64,000 nucleotides of DNA from Piromyces finnis finn. Taxonomy: Eukaryota > Fungi > Neocallimastigomycota. A program made the translations under genes and the position numbers. Below the pieces are notes generated by a model, which worked only from the letters and a program-made list of their open reading frames with translations, was not told the origin of the DNA and made no database searches. The DNA lies in the NCBI GenBank assembly GCA_002104945.1, contig MCFH01000033.1, positions 1 through 64,000 of the forward strand, read 5' to 3'. The stretch's first letter is position 1; each line of letters opens with the position of its first letter. Of the stretch, positions 1 to 10,344 are shown piece after piece.

Positions 1-773
1 ACACTTTATAAATTATTGATAAAGAATAAAAAACTATCAAGGAATTACTCTTTTTTTCATTTGAAATAATATTATAATATTAAATCAAATGGAAATAATA
101 AGAATAAGAATAATAAGAATAATTACTTTGAATTCATTTTATTATAAAAAAAAATTAATAAAACGCATACTTTTTCAAACGATCCAAGAGAGTGAACTTT
201 TTCCATAAAAAGTGTTAAAAATTTTATATTAATTTCATTGATAATATAGGATATATCCACTGGAGTATTTATTATTTAAATGAATAATATATATTATAAA
301 TTTACTATTAATATTAGTAGACTTATATTTTTTAATTTATAAAAAGGATATCACGTGATTATTGTATGTATAAACTAATAACTATGAAATATAATAAAAT
401 TGTATTGTTTAATTAATTATGTCCATATTTGGATAAATTCTTATTTAAAGGATCAAAGTTTTTTCTGTCATTTTGTAATAATTACTTTTTATGGTATTGT
501 TGGAATATTAAAAATTAATTAATAAATAAACCTTAATTATTAATAAAAAATGAATGATTTTTGTTTTATAAATTTTAAGTGTTTTTGCAATTAATTACTA
601 TTAGATACAAGTTTTATTATGAAGTATTTAAATAACCTTTTATTTATTATCACTTTAACAATTCTTTTAATGAATTTAATAGTAATCCATATAATGAAGC
701 TTCCTTTTCCTTATATAACAATAAGTTAAAATTTACCTGTATAGAAAATGATGAAAAAGAATATGAAATTAAT

Positions 774-2672
774 TTGGATGCTTATGTAAAAACAGAAGAC
801 CCAATATTTTCGTTATCTTTATCTTCCAACGGTGATATTACATTAAATAATGGACAATACACATTACATGAGGAATTCTTTAGTAATGATGATTATTATT
901 ATTTTGCTACATTAAAAGGAAATTTAATATTAATATCTAGTACTGGGGAATATAAATGGGCTGCAAAAAAATCAATTAGTAATAGATCTTATGATGCAAG
1001 TGTAATTAAAATTGGTGAATCTTTTAAGGAAGGCGAAATGCTCTATTGTGATACATATTCGATAATTATTTTAGGTGGAAAATTACTTTACAGAGATCAT
1101 TTAACAAAGGAATCAAAAGAAATAAAATATAAGCAAGATACATCAAGTTACTTATATGAAATAGTAATTGGTGATAATTTGATTATATTTAAAGATAATA
1201 AAGGTGAATTTATTTACGTAAGAGGTTCTAATTATAATCCTAATGAAAATAGTATGTTACGATGTGAAAATTCTAATCATGGTATAGTTTGGGATGACGG
1301 TACTGGTAATATTTTATGGAGTTATCCTGAAATGCCTGAAACAACAACAACAACAACTACTACCACTACTACTACTACAACTACTACTACTACCACTGTA
1401 CAAACTCCTCAAACTATTGTTTTTACTACACATGTTACTAATTATTCAACTAAATATATAACAGAAACACAAACTAGTGTAGCCACTAAAACTAGTTATA
1501 GTTATGCAACTTATACCAATGTAAGTTATCAAGGAAGTATCGGATCAAAGTATTACTTAGGTATAAATGAATTAAAAGAATACATCACACTTGAAGCTAA
1601 ATATGGTGGAAATAATAAACAGCCAAGTAAATATATTAAATGGTTAATTAAATCTGAAAAGGAACCTTCCCATATGTATATAGTAAACAGTAATGGTGAA
1701 ATATCAAATTATTGTTTAGACGTAGGTAAAAGTAAAAACAAATATTCTTACTATTTAAGAATTAGTAAATGTTCAGAAGACACTTGCTTATTTAAATATA
1801 ATGTGTCATTTAATGATTATGAAAATTCTAAAATAAATAATCCGAATAATATCGTTGTTTATAAAAATGATAATTCTTTATTCACTAATAGTAATGGTGT
1901 ACCATATTGTATTTATTACAGTGATACGTTACGTATAGAAGAATGTAAAAACCCTAAAGATTATGAAAATTTCAATTGGAAAAAATATAACAATGGCTAC
2001 TATACTGAAACTTCCACAAAGACTAAATTACAAACTTCTACTGAATATCTTACCAAGAGCACAGTAGTACCAACCATATTAACTTCAACAATAACTTCAA
2101 TTTTATTACCTACTTTTTCACCAATCACATCTACTACAACTAATATAAGTAGTACAACTAAGGATATAAATCCTACACAATCCATTGATTTACAATTTAT
2201 TCCTTTAACATTTAAAGGTATACAAAATGGAAATTCAAGTATTTTTTTAAGTGTTCCAAAATTAGGAACAAACGAATCTTTTGATATGAGAATATCTGAC
2301 AGTTACTACACATGGTTTGTTACTTCAACTACAAAACCTTCTTATCTTTATTTATCTAAAGGTATTTCAGGAAATATTGGAAATCCATCAAATTATTGTT
2401 TGGATTTAGGATACTTTGTTCATAATGAAGAGGACAATTATAATTATTTACGTATCGAAAATTGTTCGAATGTAAAATATAAATTTATGTATAATGCTTC
2501 AGATAATGCTAAATATGGAACAATTAATGTTTACGATATCAATGATAATCCTCTTTCTATTAATAATGACTTTATGTGTATTTACTATTCAATGACACCT
2601 CGTATCGATAAATGTGTGGATCCATCCGTAAATACTAAAATGGGTTGGGAAATGGCTATAATAAAAAATTAA
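774..2672 (+). CDS. Probable secreted multi-lectin-like protein: N-terminal bulb-lectin-like region, Thr-rich linkers, two ricin-B/beta-trefoil-like repeats; true 5' end unresolved
   Basis: 632-aa ORF starts at TTG; the frame is open back to 636 without ATG. GNLILISSTGEYKW and GIVWDDGTGNILWS resemble bulb-lectin repeats. A poly-Thr tract is followed by two homologous Cys domains (YCLDVG..YLRISKC..YCIYYS and YCLDLG..YLRIENC..MCIYYS). Confidence 0.6.
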   Translation: MDAYVKTEDPIFSLSLSSNGDITLNNGQYTLHEEFFSNDDYYYFATLKGNLILISSTGEYKWAAKKSISNRSYDASVIKIGESFKEGEMLYCDTYSIIILGGKLLYRDHLTKESKEIKYKQDTSSYLYEIVIGDNLIIFKDNKGEFIYVRGSNYNPNENSMLRCENSNHGIVWDDGTGNILWSYPEMPETTTTTTTTTTTTTTTTTTTVQTPQTIVFTTHVTNYSTKYITETQTSVATKTSYSYATYTNVSYQGSIGSKYYLGINELKEYITLEAKYGGNNKQPSKYIKWLIKSEKEPSHMYIVNSNGEISNYCLDVGKSKNKYSYYLRISKCSEDTCLFKYNVSFNDYENSKINNPNNIVVYKNDNSLFTNSNGVPYCIYYSDTLRIEECKNPKDYENFNWKKYNNGYYTETSTKTKLQTSTEYLTKSTVVPTILTSTITSILLPTFSPITSTTTNISSTTKDINPTQSIDLQFIPLTFKGIQNGNSSIFLSVPKLGTNESFDMRISDSYYTWFVTSTTKPSYLYLSKGISGNIGNPSNYCLDLGYFVHNEEDNYNYLRIENCSNVKYKFMYNASDNAKYGTINVYDINDNPLSINNDFMCIYYSMTPRIDKCVDPSVNTKMGWEMAIIKN

Positions 2673-3268
2673 TAATAAATTAAATTATTAATTGTTATTA
2701 TTATCAAATAATTTTTTCTATTAATATTAAAATGTAAAATTGTAAAATTTTATAGAAAAAATAAAAAAAAATAAAAAAATAAAAAATAATAAAAAATAAT
2801 AAAAAATAAAAAATAAAATAAATATGAAAAAAATAAAAATAAAATAATAACAAAAATAATAATAATGAAACAAATAATAAAATATAAAATATAAAATATA
2901 AATTTAGAATATATCTATAGAAAAAAAAATATATAAATAGAAAAACAAAAAAACAAAAAAACAAAAAAAAAAAAAAAAAAAAAAGAAATAAATAGTAAAT
3001 GATCATAAAAAAATATATATTTATAATTATATATATTTTTTTAAAATTTTAAAAATTTCTTTTTTAGTATCAGTTTTCTATCTTTATTTATTGTTTTTTT
3101 TTAAAAAAGAAAAACCGTATAATATATTATTCATAATAATTACAATAACAAAATTAAAGAAATTATAAACTATTTTTATAAATGATTTTATAAGATATTA
3201 AAAAAACTAATTATAAAATAAACATAAAATATATTAAATTAAAAATTATATATATAAATATATATATT

Positions 3269-3278
3269 TGTAACGAAT
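3269..3278 (+). repeat. First 10 bp of the E3 5' LTR (includes left copy of E1 target-site duplication GAAT, 3275-3278)
   Basis: Identical to the first 10 bp of E2's LTR (TGTAACGAAT); GAAT recurs at 16491-16494. Confidence 0.85.
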
Positions 3279-3926
3279 TGTTACAATGTTATATATTTCT
3301 TATATAATAACTTATTATTATCTTAATTTAATAACTTGAAGTTATTAAAAGTGATAATAATTTGTAACAAAAAAAAAAAATAAATAATTTGTTTTATTAA
3401 AACACAAAATTTATAAAAAAAAATAAAATGTTTTATTAATAACTATTTTATTAGTTAAATTTTATTAAAAATAATGTGTTTATGATTATTAACTATACTA
3501 ATAATAATGTTTAAATAAAGGAATTAAAAGATTATTTATATTTTTCTATTAATATAAACTTTAATTTATCTTCTTTAATTATGTTTTGTTATAAACAAAT
3601 ATTTAATTATAAATATCTAATTATTAATTACATTATAGTTTATTTACATGTTAATAATATCGGAATTTTAAAAATAATTATTTGTTTATTTATTTATTTT
3701 TTACTTAAATACTAATTAATTATAACTAAATTTAACTTTGTTTTGAATTATTATTTTAATATTTATTAATTTATTTCTACATTTAATTTTATCTTATTTA
3801 TTTATTTATTATAAATTTGTTTTTAAGTTTAATATTAAATTGTTAATTAGAACTTACTTATATAATTTTATTTCTTCATTAATAATTATTGTTGTTTTTA
3901 TAATCATTTAAGTTTGCCTTATATCA
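3279..3926 (-). repeat. E1 3' LTR (648 bp)
   Basis: TGTTACA...GCCTTATATCA; matches 9702-10344 plus 16487-16490, with only a 1-nt difference in an A-run noticed (12 vs 11 A). Confidence 0.95.
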
Positions 3927-3938
3927 ATACCTTGGCGG

Positions 3939-6900
3939 CTAAGATTTGACTTCGTCCCTTGAAGTCAGATTTTCTTCTTGTATTACATATGGATAAATGT
4001 TCTTTATATGTACATTACGATTTAATAGCTCGCCTGTTTGAGGATCTTCTAGTACAACAGTATTAAATTTTGGTTTCTGTACTACCTTAAAGGGGCCGTA
4101 GAAATACGGATCTAATTTGCTTCTTCCAATAAGTCTTATCATTACTAGATCGCCAGGTTGATATTTCTTCTTGAGTGCTTTCGAAAAACCCATTCGATGT
4201 TCCCAATATTTATTTGCTTTATCTGAGTATTCAGTCGCTTCTTTAACCCATCTCTGATGTCTTAAGAATCTTCTGAATATATATTCTTCTTCGGATTCTT
4301 CAGCGTCTTTAGGGAAATCTGGAAACATTATCTCCATTGGCCAAGTATCTTTTCTACCGTATAGCAATTCAAAACTGCTAAATTTTGTTTTAGAATTTCT
4401 GGTAGTACGTAAGGCCCAAAGTGCGGAAGGAAGACATACGTCCCATTCTATTTCATTTTCAATTAAGAGTCTTAATGTTTTTCCGATTTCGCGATTCCGG
4501 TTTTCTATCATTCCATTAGATTCTGGATGGTGAGGTGATACATAATGAACCCATGAACCATAAAGATCTATCATCATTTTGGTTATTTCAGATATAAAAG
4601 AACTTCCATTATCTGTTATTATGATTTCTGGGGGTCCGTGTCTAGCTATTACTTCAGTTAGAAATTTAATTACTTCTTCTGATTTGGTGTTAGGGATGGC
4701 TTTAGCCTCGACCCACTTGGTGAAATAATCTACTAGGGTAATAATGTAAGCATTACCTGATTTAGTTATGGGTAGCGGTCCTATTATATCCAAACCTACC
4801 CGTACGAACGGTCTTTCAATAGGTGTAATATTGGTAGCGGTGTTTTTTGGTAATGGCTTAGGTCGGAATAGTTGGCATTTGTGGCAAGATTTTACCCACA
4901 TTTTTACATAGTTCCATATTCCTGGCCAATAGTAGGATTGCATGATTCTATTTACTGTCTTCTCTGCACCTTCATGGCCTACTTGGTGTGCTCTATTTAT
5001 AATGTCTTTTTTATCTTCATCTTTGATTATTACTTTTAGGTAGAGTTCATTCTTTTTATAGTATAGTGTATTATCAACGACTTGATAATTTTTCTTGAAG
5101 TACTTTATTATTCCTTCTGGAAGGTCTAAGTCTTTGGGATTAAATTCACTGAGGATAGCATTTATACATAAGGTAACTTCATTGTTTTTAGATGGTAGCC
5201 TTGATAGAGCGTCAGCAAATACATTTTGTTTTCCTTTTTCATATTTAAGATCGACTTTATACTTATAGAATTCTTCTATCCATCGTGCATGTCTGCCCTT
5301 GGTTGGGATACCTTTCTTGAAGTAACCTAATAATGGTTTATGATCAGTTATTATGATTATTTTTTCTTTACCACTTATTATATAAGGTCTGAAATTCCTT
5401 AGACTATATATTACTCCTAGTCCTTCTAGATCGGTTACAGAGTAATTCTTTTCAGAAGACGAAAGTGTTCTACTAATACAGCATATTGGATGTTCTACTC
5501 CATCTTCTTCCCTTTGAAGTAGAACACCTCCGATTCCTTTTGTAGAGGCATCTGTTCTTATTATAAAATCTTTGTTAAAGTCCGGATATGCAAGTATAGG
5601 ATCTGAAAGTAAGCATTGCTTTATTTCTTCGAAAGCATCGTTACATTCATTGTCCCATATAAATTTTTGATCCTTTTTCAGTAAGTTAAAAAGTGGTTTT
5701 GCCTTTTTTGCAAAGTTTTGGATGAACTTCCTGTAGTAGCTTGCAAGTCCTAAAAATGATCTAAGTTCTTTAATATCCTTTGGAATGTCCCAAAGTGCTA
5801 GGTTTTGTACTTTGTTAGGAACGGTTTTTAATCCTTCTGGAGTAAGCACGTGTCCTAAGACTTCTACTGAGGTTTGGAAAAATTTACATTTTTGTAAGTT
5901 TACAGATAAGTTGTTTTTTGCAAATATTTTGAAGACTTTTCTTAAGTGTTGTAAGTGTTCCTGTAGATTTTTCGAATAGACTACGATATCGTCGATGTAA
6001 ACGAATAGACAGTCTCCTATAAGAGGTAGTAAAATTCTGTTCATTTCGCGTTGGAAGGATGCTGGTGCATTTGTTAGTCCAAATGGCATGACGCGAAAGT
6101 TGTAGTTTCCGAATTTAGTTGTAAAGGATGTTTTTTCTATGTCTTGTGGATTCATTGGTATCTGATGATATCCCGAGAACAGATCTAATGCGGAAAATAT
6201 CTTTGCATCTTTTACTGAAGATACAAGTTCATCTATGAAGGGTAATGCATACGAGTCTTTTATGGTTATTTCATTCAGCTTTCGGTAGTCGATACACATT
6301 CTCCATTTTCCGTTTTTCTTTTGAACGAGAAGAACAGGAAATGAGTAAGGAGAATGTGAGGGTTCGATCAGTCCTTTTTCGAGAAGTGAAATGATTTCTT
6401 TCTTTAGAATATCCGAGTGTTCTTTGGAAAGTTTATACGGTTTGAGTTTAATTGGTTTGTTGGTTGTTGTCATAATAGAATGAGGCTCTAAATTTGCTGT
6501 AGTAAGTTGGGATAGCGAAGTGGCCATCCATTCTTTGTATTCTAGTATTAGTTGTTCAAAATTTCTTTTTATTTCGTCTGGAGAATTTTCGATAATTTTG
6601 TTTAGTACTTCATCAAATTCCCTTTGTTCTTCGTTAGATATTGTTATTGCATTAATTAGTGGAATGTTTTGATTTTCTTTTTCAGTCATGGTAATCTTTG
6701 TTAACCCTTCATTTGATTTTTGATATATCGTATCATTATCTGGGTCTATTAGAAGTCTATACTTCTTCTGGACGCCTCTTCCTAGTATTATATCGTAATT
6801 GTTATTTATTTGGTTTAATATGTAGAAATCCTCTTTTATAGTTAAATGGTTGCCTAGTTTTATTTCTAGTGTTATTTTTTTATTAGTGAGAATTTTTGTA

Positions 6901-7796
6901 TTGTCAGCAGTTGTAATTTCCATTTCTTCGGCTTTATGAATTTCTGGATTTTTTAATTTATTTAAACCTCCTTTAGTTATTATATTGACGTTGGCACCTG
7001 TATCGAAAAGTATCTTTTGTTGATTTCCATTTACTTCACCAACGACTATTGGAATTTCGTAGTTATGTATGGAGCTGATGATTCTTCTTGATTTTCCTTT
7101 AGTACCAAGTTCTAATTCTTTTCTTAAGGTGGGACTTATATTGAGTAGCTGTGAAAGTGTTATTTTTGGGTAATAAGTGCTTATTTCTTTAATAATATCA
7201 AATTTCTCAATTCCTTGATTTGGAATTAATTTTTTGGTAATTTCCGTAGACTTTTTCTTTTCATTATTCTTTTGTGCTTTATTTGTATTTTCTTCTTTCT
7301 TGGGAGTATTTTTATTCGTTTCCATAATATTTCTAGGACTATTATTCTTTTTAATTGACTGATTATTTTTGTTTTCTTGAATTGGATTGGTTTGACTTTC
7401 TTTAGTTTGTTCCGTGTTGACTATCACATTTTCGGACTCTTTTTCTTCGTTTTTATTGTGGTTGTCTTTATTGATTAGTGGTTCATCTTCATCTACAATA
7501 ATTACTTCATCTTGCGTAGAGTCTGGATCTTCTATCATAGGTGTTCTCCTTCGAAGATCTCTAATCTTCTTTTTTTGTTGTTTTATTAATCTTGTATTCG
7601 GCTGATTTAATATAGCTGGTTTAATTATTGGTTTATTGAAATTCTTTTTGTTTGAGTCGCTGATTTGTTTATTTTTCTTTATAGCATTAATACTAAATTT
7701 ATTGTATTTCTGTTCATTCTTATATTGGAATTCTAAGTTTTCTGTTTCTGTATTATTTGCAATTTTGTTATAGTCGGAAGATTGCTTACTCCCCAT
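3939..7796 (-). CDS. pol: E1 pol polyprotein (aspartic protease, RT, RNase H, integrase)
   Basis: ILFDTGAN protease, YIDDIVVYS RT, RTDAS RNase H, H..GH..C..C zinc finger and GLDIIGP/TDNG integrase core, in gypsy order; no chromodomain at the C-terminus. Confidence 0.95.
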   Translation of the reverse strand: MGSKQSSDYNKIANNTETENLEFQYKNEQKYNKFSINAIKKNKQISDSNKKNFNKPIIKPAILNQPNTRLIKQQKKKIRDLRRRTPMIEDPDSTQDEVIIVDEDEPLINKDNHNKNEEKESENVIVNTEQTKESQTNPIQENKNNQSIKKNNSPRNIMETNKNTPKKEENTNKAQKNNEKKKSTEITKKLIPNQGIEKFDIIKEISTYYPKITLSQLLNISPTLRKELELGTKGKSRRIISSIHNYEIPIVVGEVNGNQQKILFDTGANVNIITKGGLNKLKNPEIHKAEEMEITTADNTKILTNKKITLEIKLGNHLTIKEDFYILNQINNNYDIILGRGVQKKYRLLIDPDNDTIYQKSNEGLTKITMTEKENQNIPLINAITISNEEQREFDEVLNKIIENSPDEIKRNFEQLILEYKEWMATSLSQLTTANLEPHSIMTTTNKPIKLKPYKLSKEHSDILKKEIISLLEKGLIEPSHSPYSFPVLLVQKKNGKWRMCIDYRKLNEITIKDSYALPFIDELVSSVKDAKIFSALDLFSGYHQIPMNPQDIEKTSFTTKFGNYNFRVMPFGLTNAPASFQREMNRILLPLIGDCLFVYIDDIVVYSKNLQEHLQHLRKVFKIFAKNNLSVNLQKCKFFQTSVEVLGHVLTPEGLKTVPNKVQNLALWDIPKDIKELRSFLGLASYYRKFIQNFAKKAKPLFNLLKKDQKFIWDNECNDAFEEIKQCLLSDPILAYPDFNKDFIIRTDASTKGIGGVLLQREEDGVEHPICCISRTLSSSEKNYSVTDLEGLGVIYSLRNFRPYIISGKEKIIIITDHKPLLGYFKKGIPTKGRHARWIEEFYKYKVDLKYEKGKQNVFADALSRLPSKNNEVTLCINAILSEFNPKDLDLPEGIIKYFKKNYQVVDNTLYYKKNELYLKVIIKDEDKKDIINRAHQVGHEGAEKTVNRIMQSYYWPGIWNYVKMWVKSCHKCQLFRPKPLPKNTATNITPIERPFVRVGLDIIGPLPITKSGNAYIITLVDYFTKWVEAKAIPNTKSEEVIKFLTEVIARHGPPEIIITDNGSSFISEITKMMIDLYGSWVHYVSPHHPESNGMIENRNREIGKTLRLLIENEIEWDVCLPSALWALRTTRNSKTKFSSFELLYGRKDTWPMEIMFPDFPKDAEESEEEYIFRRFLRHQRWVKEATEYSDKANKYWEHRMGFSKALKKKYQPGDLVMIRLIGRSKLDPYFYGPFKVVQKPKFNTVVLEDPQTGELLNRNVHIKNIYPYVIQEENLTSRDEVKS

Positions 7797-7808
7797 AACT
7801 AATTTAAA
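7775..7808 (-). promoter_or_regulatory. Predicted -1 ribosomal frameshift signal between E1 gag and pol
   Basis: U UUA AAU heptamer (7808-7802) in gag frame immediately before the gag UAG. pol is in the -1 frame and open through the site. A GGGAG/CUUCC stem starts 8 nt downstream. Confidence 0.72.
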
Positions 7809-8641
7809 TGTTGGATGTTTTCAGGACAATCATCAATGACATGACCTATACGTTTACAATTTAGGCAAACATTTATCTTGAGTTCTGCTAATTTTTGGGT
7901 TATTTCTTTCATGTCGTTATTTTCTTCTTGATATTGTCTATAGTTTTTGTGCTTGTAATTATTATTCCATTGATTTTGATAAGTTTTATTTTCCTGTGGA
8001 TGTATCGAGTTAGAGTTCGAATTATATAGTTTTGTTGTTTTATTTGTACTGTTATAAACATTCTTTTGTGATTGTGATGGCCTTTGATCATTTTTATTTT
8101 TATTCCGGTTGTCCTCTATTATATTATATAATCTTTCCTTTTTCGAAGTTATCTTCATTGCTTCTTCTAGAGTATTTGGCTCTTCTTCTAATAGTTTTTC
8201 ATATATTCTAGTCCAATTTCTAAAGGCATTAACGTAATATGAAGCTATTATCTCTTCTGGAATTGACGTAGATTTTGTGGCTTCGTTCAAAATATTCATA
8301 AATCTCAAATCAAAGTCGCATATCTTTTCTCCTTTTCTTATACTTAGAGAAGATAAATCCAATATCTTAGAGTTCTTTGCTGAACTTCTTTTAAAATAGT
8401 TATTTAAATTATTTATTATTGTATTATACGAGTCAGGTGTACTCTTGTTTAATCCGTTTAACACGATAGTCCTAGCCTTTTGTTCTGTTAACGGTAGTAA
8501 AAATTTTATTTTATCCTTTTCTTCTATGTCATTAGAAGTACACCAGTACTCAAATTCAAACTTCCAATCTACAAATTTGGTTTTTCCATTTCCCAAAATT
8601 GGAAGTCTTGAAAAGGTTAACGTTTTTGTAGAAGTATCCAT
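7799..8641 (-). CDS. gag: E1 gag with CCHC zinc knuckle
   Basis: 280-aa ORF directly upstream of pol, ending CLNCKRIGHVIDDC. Confidence 0.9.
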   Translation of the reverse strand: MDTSTKTLTFSRLPILGNGKTKFVDWKFEFEYWCTSNDIEEKDKIKFLLPLTEQKARTIVLNGLNKSTPDSYNTIINNLNNYFKRSSAKNSKILDLSSLSIRKGEKICDFDLRFMNILNEATKSTSIPEEIIASYYVNAFRNWTRIYEKLLEEEPNTLEEAMKITSKKERLYNIIEDNRNKNKNDQRPSQSQKNVYNSTNKTTKLYNSNSNSIHPQENKTYQNQWNNNYKHKNYRQYQEENNDMKEITQKLAELKINVCLNCKRIGHVIDDCPENIQHLN

Positions 8642-8669
8642 TATTTTTGTATATCTTTAAAGGAATAAA

Positions 8670-8701
<32 letters not shown>

Positions 8702-9209
8702 ATTATTATTATTATTTGTATTATTGTTACTATTAGTCACTATTGTTAGTTTTTATAATTAGTTATTATTATTAGTTATTATTATTAATTATTATTTTGG
8801 TAGTTTCTATTAATATGGTAATCATATAATTGTTTCATTTATATATATTATAAGATAAAAATATTTTCAGAACCAAAACTACTCAAGGATCTTTCGACCT
8901 CCAAGCATAAACCGTCAGAATAAAAATATATATTATGCAGTGTGTGCCAATGCGAGGACTGGACCTTACCACTTTCTCTGCACAATATGCTGATATCTTA
9001 AACCTTATTTATGCCTGCTCTACTCCCCTCCTATATAGAGCAGTTTTTCTTACTTTCTATTTTTTTAAATTATTTTTATATCCCTGTAACCTCTACTTAT
9101 CGAATTATTTATATAATAATAACTTATATTTAAATTTTCTTAATATTAATATTTTATGATACTTCTTACTGTATGTTAATAGTAATAATATTGTTATTCT
9201 TTTTACTAT

Positions 9210-9246
<37 letters not shown>

Positions 9247-9687
9247 TTATTTAAATTAATTGTATGAATGATAATTTGTTAAACTTATCCTAATTGAATA
9301 TAGTAATTAATAGTTGATACTGAAATCTTTATATATAATATTTGAGTGATATTTGAATATAATATTTTATAATATTTGAATGATGTTTGCATATAATTTT
9401 TCTAATATTTGAATATTATTTTGAATTATTTTGAATATAATTTTTTTTTTTTTTTTATAATATTTAAATGATATTTGAATATAATTTTTTTATAATATTT
9501 GCATATTATTTTGAATTTTACTTTGAATATGATATATTAATAATATTTAAATGATATTTGAATATAATGTTTTAAAACATAGGTTCTTAATCTTGTCTTT
9601 TGAGTATGTAATACCTATATATATAAATATAAATGTATAAATTTGTTAGTAAAAGAAAATTTTATATTACTCTTACCGGGTTAAAAT

Positions 9688-9700
9688 GGATTCTCCACCA
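9688..9700 (-). promoter_or_regulatory. E1 primer-binding site, complementary to a tRNA 3' end (probably tRNA-Ala)
   Basis: Minus strand TGGTGGAGAATCC 1 nt after the 5' LTR; implies a tRNA ending ..UUCUCCACCA (U70-C71-C72-A73, typical of Ala). Confidence 0.8.
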
Positions 9701-9701
9701 T

Positions 9702-10344
9702 TGTTACAATGTTATATATTTCTTATATAATAACTTATTATTATCTTAATTTAATAACTTGAAGTTATTAAAAGTGATAATAATTTGTAACAAAAAAAAA
9801 AATAAATAATTTGTTTTATTAAAACACAAAATTTATAAAAAAAAATAAAATGTTTTATTAATAACTATTTTATTAGTTAAATTTTATTAAAAATAATGTG
9901 TTTATGATTATTAACTATACTAATAATAATGTTTAAATAAAGGAATTAAAAGATTATTTATATTTTTCTATTAATATAAACTTTAATTTATCTTCTTTAA
10001 TTATGTTTTGTTATAAACAAATATTTAATTATAAATATCTAATTATTAATTACATTATAGTTTATTTACATGTTAATAATATCGGAATTTTAAAAATAAT
10101 TATTTGTTTATTTATTTATTTTTTACTTAAATACTAATTAATTATAACTAAATTTAACTTTGTTTTGAATTATTATTTTAATATTTATTAATTTATTTCT
10201 ACATTTAATTTTATCTTATTTATTTATTTATTATAAATTTGTTTTTAAGTTTAATATTAAATTGTTAATTAGAACTTACTTATATAATTTTATTTCTTCA
10301 TTAATAATTATTGTTGTTTTTATAATCATTTAAGTTTGCCTTAT
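9702..10344 (-). repeat. E1 5' LTR, main part (last 4 bp ATCA displaced to 16487-16490 by E2)
   Basis: Near-identical to 3279-3922. Confidence 0.95.

Noticed and set aside
2704-3006. 100-aa Phe/Ile/Tyr-rich ORF (minus strand)
   Set aside because: Translation of A-rich low-complexity intergenic DNA.
8881-8925. Hammerhead ribozyme in the E1 leader (CTGACGG...GAAA on minus strand)
   Set aside because: The core is CUGACGG, not CUGANGA, and no stem III/NUH partner was found.
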